IMG/VR virus record: IMGVR_UViG_3300050015_000370
Source: an uncultured virus (IMG/VR IMGVR_UViG_3300050015_000370)
Taxonomy: Duplodnaviria > Heunggongvirae > Uroviricota > Caudoviricetes
DNA length: 20,000 nucleotides
Direction: 5' to 3' (one strand)
In this document: piece after piece, positions 16,409 through 20,000 of the stretch
Layout of the letters: each line of letters starts with the position of its first letter
Position numbering within the stretch: position 1 is the stretch's first letter
Position numbers and translations under genes: made by a program
Notes under the pieces: model-generated
What the model was told of the DNA's origin: nothing
Database searches by the model: none
The model's input: the letters and a program-made list of their open reading frames with translations, nothing else

Positions 16409-18559
16409 ATGATAACAAAGATTAACGATCTAAAAATATCTTGTAATGATTCAACAGTCAAATCTTTATGTGAATCAGCATTAACATCGCTTACATCTAT
16501 GATGTATAATAATGTTTCTAAAGATGCAAAGGATGAAATAGAACGGGTGACAATCGACAACTTATTTAAAAAATTAGAAAAAATAAACACAAAGGTTGTT
16601 AATGAATGGTTGTCAAACCAAAAAAGAAATTATGTTGTGAAAAATCTTGGCGTAAAGAGCACAATTAAAAGCCTTCTTGAAGGGGAATGTAAATACAATA
16701 GTACTCTTAACTCAATAATTGTAGATTATAAATCACAAACAGAAAATATTCCAGAGGTTTTATTATATGAAAGTTTTGATAGCGTACTATCTCCTCTTAA
16801 GTATATCCCTGCTGTAGAAAAAAAACTTGCAGAAATCAATGAGAATGTAAAAAAATATAAAAATGACGTTGATATTTCAAAGATTTTAGAATCTATGAAA
16901 GTTACACGTAGCAATTATCTTATTCCTCTCATCGAAGACGCAGTTGCAAACTATCTTAACAATAAGACAGAACAGACAAAACATATGTTGAAGGAGACCC
17001 TTATCAAATTCAGCTATGATCCTTATGTTCTATCTTTGATAAATTGCTTACAGGAAGATGCAACATCACTACAACTTGAATATGCGAACACCGCATCAGA
17101 TATTAAAAAGGTATTTTCTCCTATAATTTATTTAGGTGAAAATGAGACAGTGTTTAATGTTGGAGGTATGTATTATATTAAGAAAGGTAACACAATAAAT
17201 AAGATAAAAACTTCCGATACAATAAAACTTGATCCTAAATTTAGAAATTTATGTGAATCAATCAACCTTTCAAACGTTGTATTTGGTTTAAATGAAATAA
17301 AAGTATATAAAGGATCTGACACTGTTGTTATAAATGAATCAGGAATAATCATCAATGGTCAGTTTATGACAAAGAAACAGTTGAATGAATCAAAATCAAT
17401 TTCAAATTGGACTGGCAAGGTAGATTTATACACATTAGTAGAAACCTTAAACACTAACTTTGATAATATTGCTGAACTTGATTTTGCAAAGATCATATCA
17501 CTTAAGGAAAATGAAAACTACGGCGCTCATGTATTTAAATTAAGGGATAATATTTCCATAACAACATTTGATAATGTAAACAATAAGGCAACATTTTACC
17601 GTAACATCAACCCTATCCAAGCAAATAAATTGATGATGGAACATCTAAGATTTGATGTGTCAAAATCATTTACAGATATTCTTCCTAACCAGGATCGTAT
17701 CCTTGCTGAAATAAATGAGACAAAGGTTGAATATAATGATTATATGGTACTTTTGGAATCAAAAATTGAGGAATTTAAAAACGCAGGTTTTGACGCCGAG
17801 ATGAGTTCTACAATATTGGAGACACTAAATGATGAACTTGATGAGGTACGTAATAGTTACAAGGATTATCTTAATGAAATTGAAGCCTTCACAACTGTGA
17901 ATGAAAATTTAACAATAACTGTACAGGACGATGTATCTGGCGATTCACACACTGTGGTTGTACCTACAAATCAAGGTGCAGGAACTGCAGCAAGAGGAGC
18001 CGAAACGATTCCAGGCACTGACGTAGTTGATCAATTTGGTGTAACACCAGGTCAAGAAAATATGGACCAAAACGCCGCTTCTGCGATAACATTTGATTCT
18101 AAGGAATCAGAAATATTGAGTGATGAACCTTCTGACAAAAACGATTCTGTTGATCTTGGAGCTGATGAAGCTGAGGCAGATGCAGATGAAGCTGAGGCAA
18201 AAACAACCCTAGAGGATGATGATGTAGAAAATAAAGAAGGAGAAGAAGGTGCGTCTACCGGCGGCTTGGATTTTGACGCGGAGGATGGATCAGATCAAAA
18301 TGTAGAGGAAACACCAGAAACCGACCTTAATTTTGATGAAGAAAATCCTGATGACAAAGTAGAGAATAAGAACAAAAAGAAAAAGAAAACAGAAGAAAGT
18401 TTGGAGACACCGGAAGTTAAAAATACTGAAGAACCTTTAAAACAAACTTCATTTGACAATATAAAAACTCAAAAATGGGCCGAAGAAGACAAACTTAACA
18501 AAAAACCTTTGGCCAAACCTAAGAAAAAGGTGTTTCTAGTAAAAAAGAAAACTAAATAA
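16409..18559 (+). CDS. large hypothetical protein, possible prohead core/inner head protein
   Basis: 716 aa; many [LIV]-x-E-[SNG] sites, coiled-coil segment, long acidic disordered C-terminus ending in Lys-rich runs; GATATATA upstream. Confidence 0.7.
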   Translation: MITKINDLKISCNDSTVKSLCESALTSLTSMMYNNVSKDAKDEIERVTIDNLFKKLEKINTKVVNEWLSNQKRNYVVKNLGVKSTIKSLLEGECKYNSTLNSIIVDYKSQTENIPEVLLYESFDSVLSPLKYIPAVEKKLAEINENVKKYKNDVDISKILESMKVTRSNYLIPLIEDAVANYLNNKTEQTKHMLKETLIKFSYDPYVLSLINCLQEDATSLQLEYANTASDIKKVFSPIIYLGENETVFNVGGMYYIKKGNTINKIKTSDTIKLDPKFRNLCESINLSNVVFGLNEIKVYKGSDTVVINESGIIINGQFMTKKQLNESKSISNWTGKVDLYTLVETLNTNFDNIAELDFAKIISLKENENYGAHVFKLRDNISITTFDNVNNKATFYRNINPIQANKLMMEHLRFDVSKSFTDILPNQDRILAEINETKVEYNDYMVLLESKIEEFKNAGFDAEMSSTILETLNDELDEVRNSYKDYLNEIEAFTTVNENLTITVQDDVSGDSHTVVVPTNQGAGTAARGAETIPGTDVVDQFGVTPGQENMDQNAASAITFDSKESEILSDEPSDKNDSVDLGADEAEADADEAEAKTTLEDDDVENKEGEEGASTGGLDFDAEDGSDQNVEETPETDLNFDEENPDDKVENKNKKKKKTEESLETPEVKNTEEPLKQTSFDNIKTQKWAEEDKLNKKPLAKPKKKVFLVKKKTK
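18164..18199 (+). repeat. 15-bp direct repeat with 21-nt period inside the acidic tail
   Basis: GATGAAGCTGAGGCA at 18164-18178 and 18185-18199, encoding ADEAEAD-ADEAEAK. Confidence 0.7.
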
Positions 18560-18560
18560 T

Positions 18561-19268
18561 ATGGAAATGAATGCAAAGAATAAGGCGATCATCAAGGAAG
18601 CTTTAAACTCATATTTAATAAATGAAAGCAAAATATTTGAAAATGAAGATATTTCTGAAGTTATAAATTCATTTTCACCTATAATTTTAAATGAATCTAT
18701 CACGGTAGGTGATGAGGTAATATATGATGGAAATCGCGGGTATATAACTGGAGAAACACAAGGAAAATTAATTGTCCAAGTTCAAGGCTCTACATTTTTA
18801 GTAACACCGAAAGATGTTAAATTGAAACATCCAAAAGCGGATTCTATGAAATTACCTTATAAATTTGATAAGGTTACATTAAAAAATCTTTGCGAACAAC
18901 AAGTTAGATGTGGTATATACCAAGGTAACACACCAATTAAAATTTCTGGATGCTATGTAAATTACAATTCTTGGAATGATGCGAATGATAATCAACATGT
19001 ACCTATCCTTGTAGAAGGCAAAAATTTTGTATTTGAAAAAACAAATATTCGTATACTCGAGGATGTTAATGAATTTGCGAATCCTGATAATTATGTAGAG
19101 GGAGTTGTCATAGATCCAAAGAATAGTGAAGCAATTAAAAATGTAATGATCAACATAATAGACTATACACATGCTGTTGGCGATGATGATGAAGTACGCG
19201 TATTTACATCAAATGATGAACCAGTTACATACTATCCGAGATCTTTATTGAGAACTTTAAGTGTTTAA
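18561..19268 (+). CDS. hypothetical protein with SH3/KOW-like domain, possible virion protein
   Basis: N-terminus rich in IKEA/INES/LNES sites followed by ITVGDEVIYDGNRGYITGETQGKLIVQV; directly follows the 716-aa gene. Confidence 0.7.
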   Translation: MEMNAKNKAIIKEALNSYLINESKIFENEDISEVINSFSPIILNESITVGDEVIYDGNRGYITGETQGKLIVQVQGSTFLVTPKDVKLKHPKADSMKLPYKFDKVTLKNLCEQQVRCGIYQGNTPIKISGCYVNYNSWNDANDNQHVPILVEGKNFVFEKTNIRILEDVNEFANPDNYVEGVVIDPKNSEAIKNVMINIIDYTHAVGDDDEVRVFTSNDEPVTYYPRSLLRTLSV

Positions 19269-19285
19269 TCAAAAATAAATATCAT

Positions 19286-19328
19286 AAATGGCTTTAAATA
19301 TCTTTATTGGTGATTTAAAGCCATTTTT
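19286..19328 (+). terminator. intrinsic terminator-like hairpin
   Basis: AAATGGCTTTAAAT (19286-19299), 13-nt loop, ATTTAAAGCCATTT (19313-19326), then TT. Confidence 0.7.
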
Positions 19329-19347
19329 AGATTAAAACAATATTAAG

Positions 19348-19935
19348 ATGAAATTAGTAAAAGAATATTTGAATGAGGTTTTCACACGCGATAGTGAAGA
19401 TAAATTATCAGGAATAGATATTGGAAAAATTCATATAGTAAAAAAATGGATAGAAGATAATCCCACGTTTTTTAACAATGCAAAATATCATTTAAATTCA
19501 GATAACTCTATCACTGTAGATAATGCATTATCATTAACACCAACAAGATATTATTATCAAGGCCATTATATGAAAAAAGATCCAACTATATTTCCATCTT
19601 ACATAAAAATTAAATTTAAAGATGCTATAGATGGAATATTGGTAGGTGCTATAGAAAGTAACAAGGCTCTTACCGATATGGCTTTGGAAAATTATGACGA
19701 AAATGCAAATATTCCAGATAATATGAAGGATATTGTTAAGTTATTTCAAAGTTTAGGATTGATCAATATAACGAAGGATATTCAATATACACATAATGTT
19801 TTATCTTTCCTTGATTATGAATTATTAAAACCATTTACGATATATTGTAAAATTAATACGCTTGGTCATAAAACATATGGTACGGTTATAAGGGGGGATA
19901 CACAATATATGCAGGAAAACTTTCGCCTTTTATAA
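19348..19935 (+). CDS. paralog family member with conserved N-terminal module and non-LRR C-terminal region; may continue past the window through a frameshift at G6
   Basis: MKLVKEYLNEVFTRDSEDKLSGIDIGKIHIVKKW...YHLNSDNSITV...FPSYIKI followed by unrelated sequence. Confidence 0.8.
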   Translation: MKLVKEYLNEVFTRDSEDKLSGIDIGKIHIVKKWIEDNPTFFNNAKYHLNSDNSITVDNALSLTPTRYYYQGHYMKKDPTIFPSYIKIKFKDAIDGILVGAIESNKALTDMALENYDENANIPDNMKDIVKLFQSLGLINITKDIQYTHNVLSFLDYELLKPFTIYCKINTLGHKTYGTVIRGDTQYMQENFRLL

Positions 19936-20000
19936 CGGCCAAATTTGAAGATGAAAATGGGTGGATAACCGCATATGAGTATTTGAAAAAATATCTTGTA

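Noticed and set aside
478..19172. Numerous minus-strand ORFs of 60-124 aa in the ORF track
   Set aside because: They overlap well-supported plus-strand genes and have the I/L/F/S-rich composition of antisense shadows of AT-rich coding DNA; only 3475..3660 was kept
9899..19935. Eukaryotic giant virus origin suggested by LRR/FNIP-like paralog expansion
   Set aside because: Core genes are T4-like, genes are operonic with overlapping start/stop codons, and the repeats lack the FNIP signature
1..20000. Stop-codon reassignment as seen in some large phages
   Set aside because: Core genes are full length under the standard code; TAG (5127-5129) and TGA (e.g. 6175-6177, 15897-15899) behave as normal stops
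1..20000. CRISPR array, tRNA, rRNA, intron or intein
   Set aside because: No spaced direct repeats or cloverleaf-like GC stems seen, intergenic gaps are short, and helicase and nuclease lengths are normal

Overview
AT-rich, gene-dense, almost entirely plus-strand segment of what is most likely a large T4-related (jumbo) tailed-phage genome, possibly with a Bacteroidota host (inferred from A-rich leaders lacking Shine-Dalgarno sites and TATATTTA elements resembling the Bacteroidota -7 box). Recognisable core genes are a gp41-like DnaB helicase, a gp47/gp46-like (Mre11/Rad50, SbcD/SbcC) nuclease pair, a DinG/XPD-type Fe-S helicase and a gp15-like tail terminator with an Ig-like extension. The most unusual content is a paralogous family with at least 8 modules in about 10 kb. 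Each module has an MK[LI][VI]xES-type leader resembling T4 prohead-protease/capsid-targeting sites, then a conserved ~70-aa domain (F[TS]RG..DKL..[LI].[IV]GK...I..W......Y.IN.D.[ST]I..P.YI.F), then 0-4 copies of a 21-aa LRR-like repeat or an unrelated tail. Three modules appear fused into one polyprotein whose third unit is out of frame by a single base, and a second member appears frameshifted at a G6 run. Three candidate promoter classes recur: GATATATA upstream of virion/leader-bearing genes, AAAACAAA-N7-TATC-N-TA-N-TATAA upstream of replication genes, and TTATATTTACC upstream of small hypothetical genes. All calls come from motif reading only; no database searches were run.
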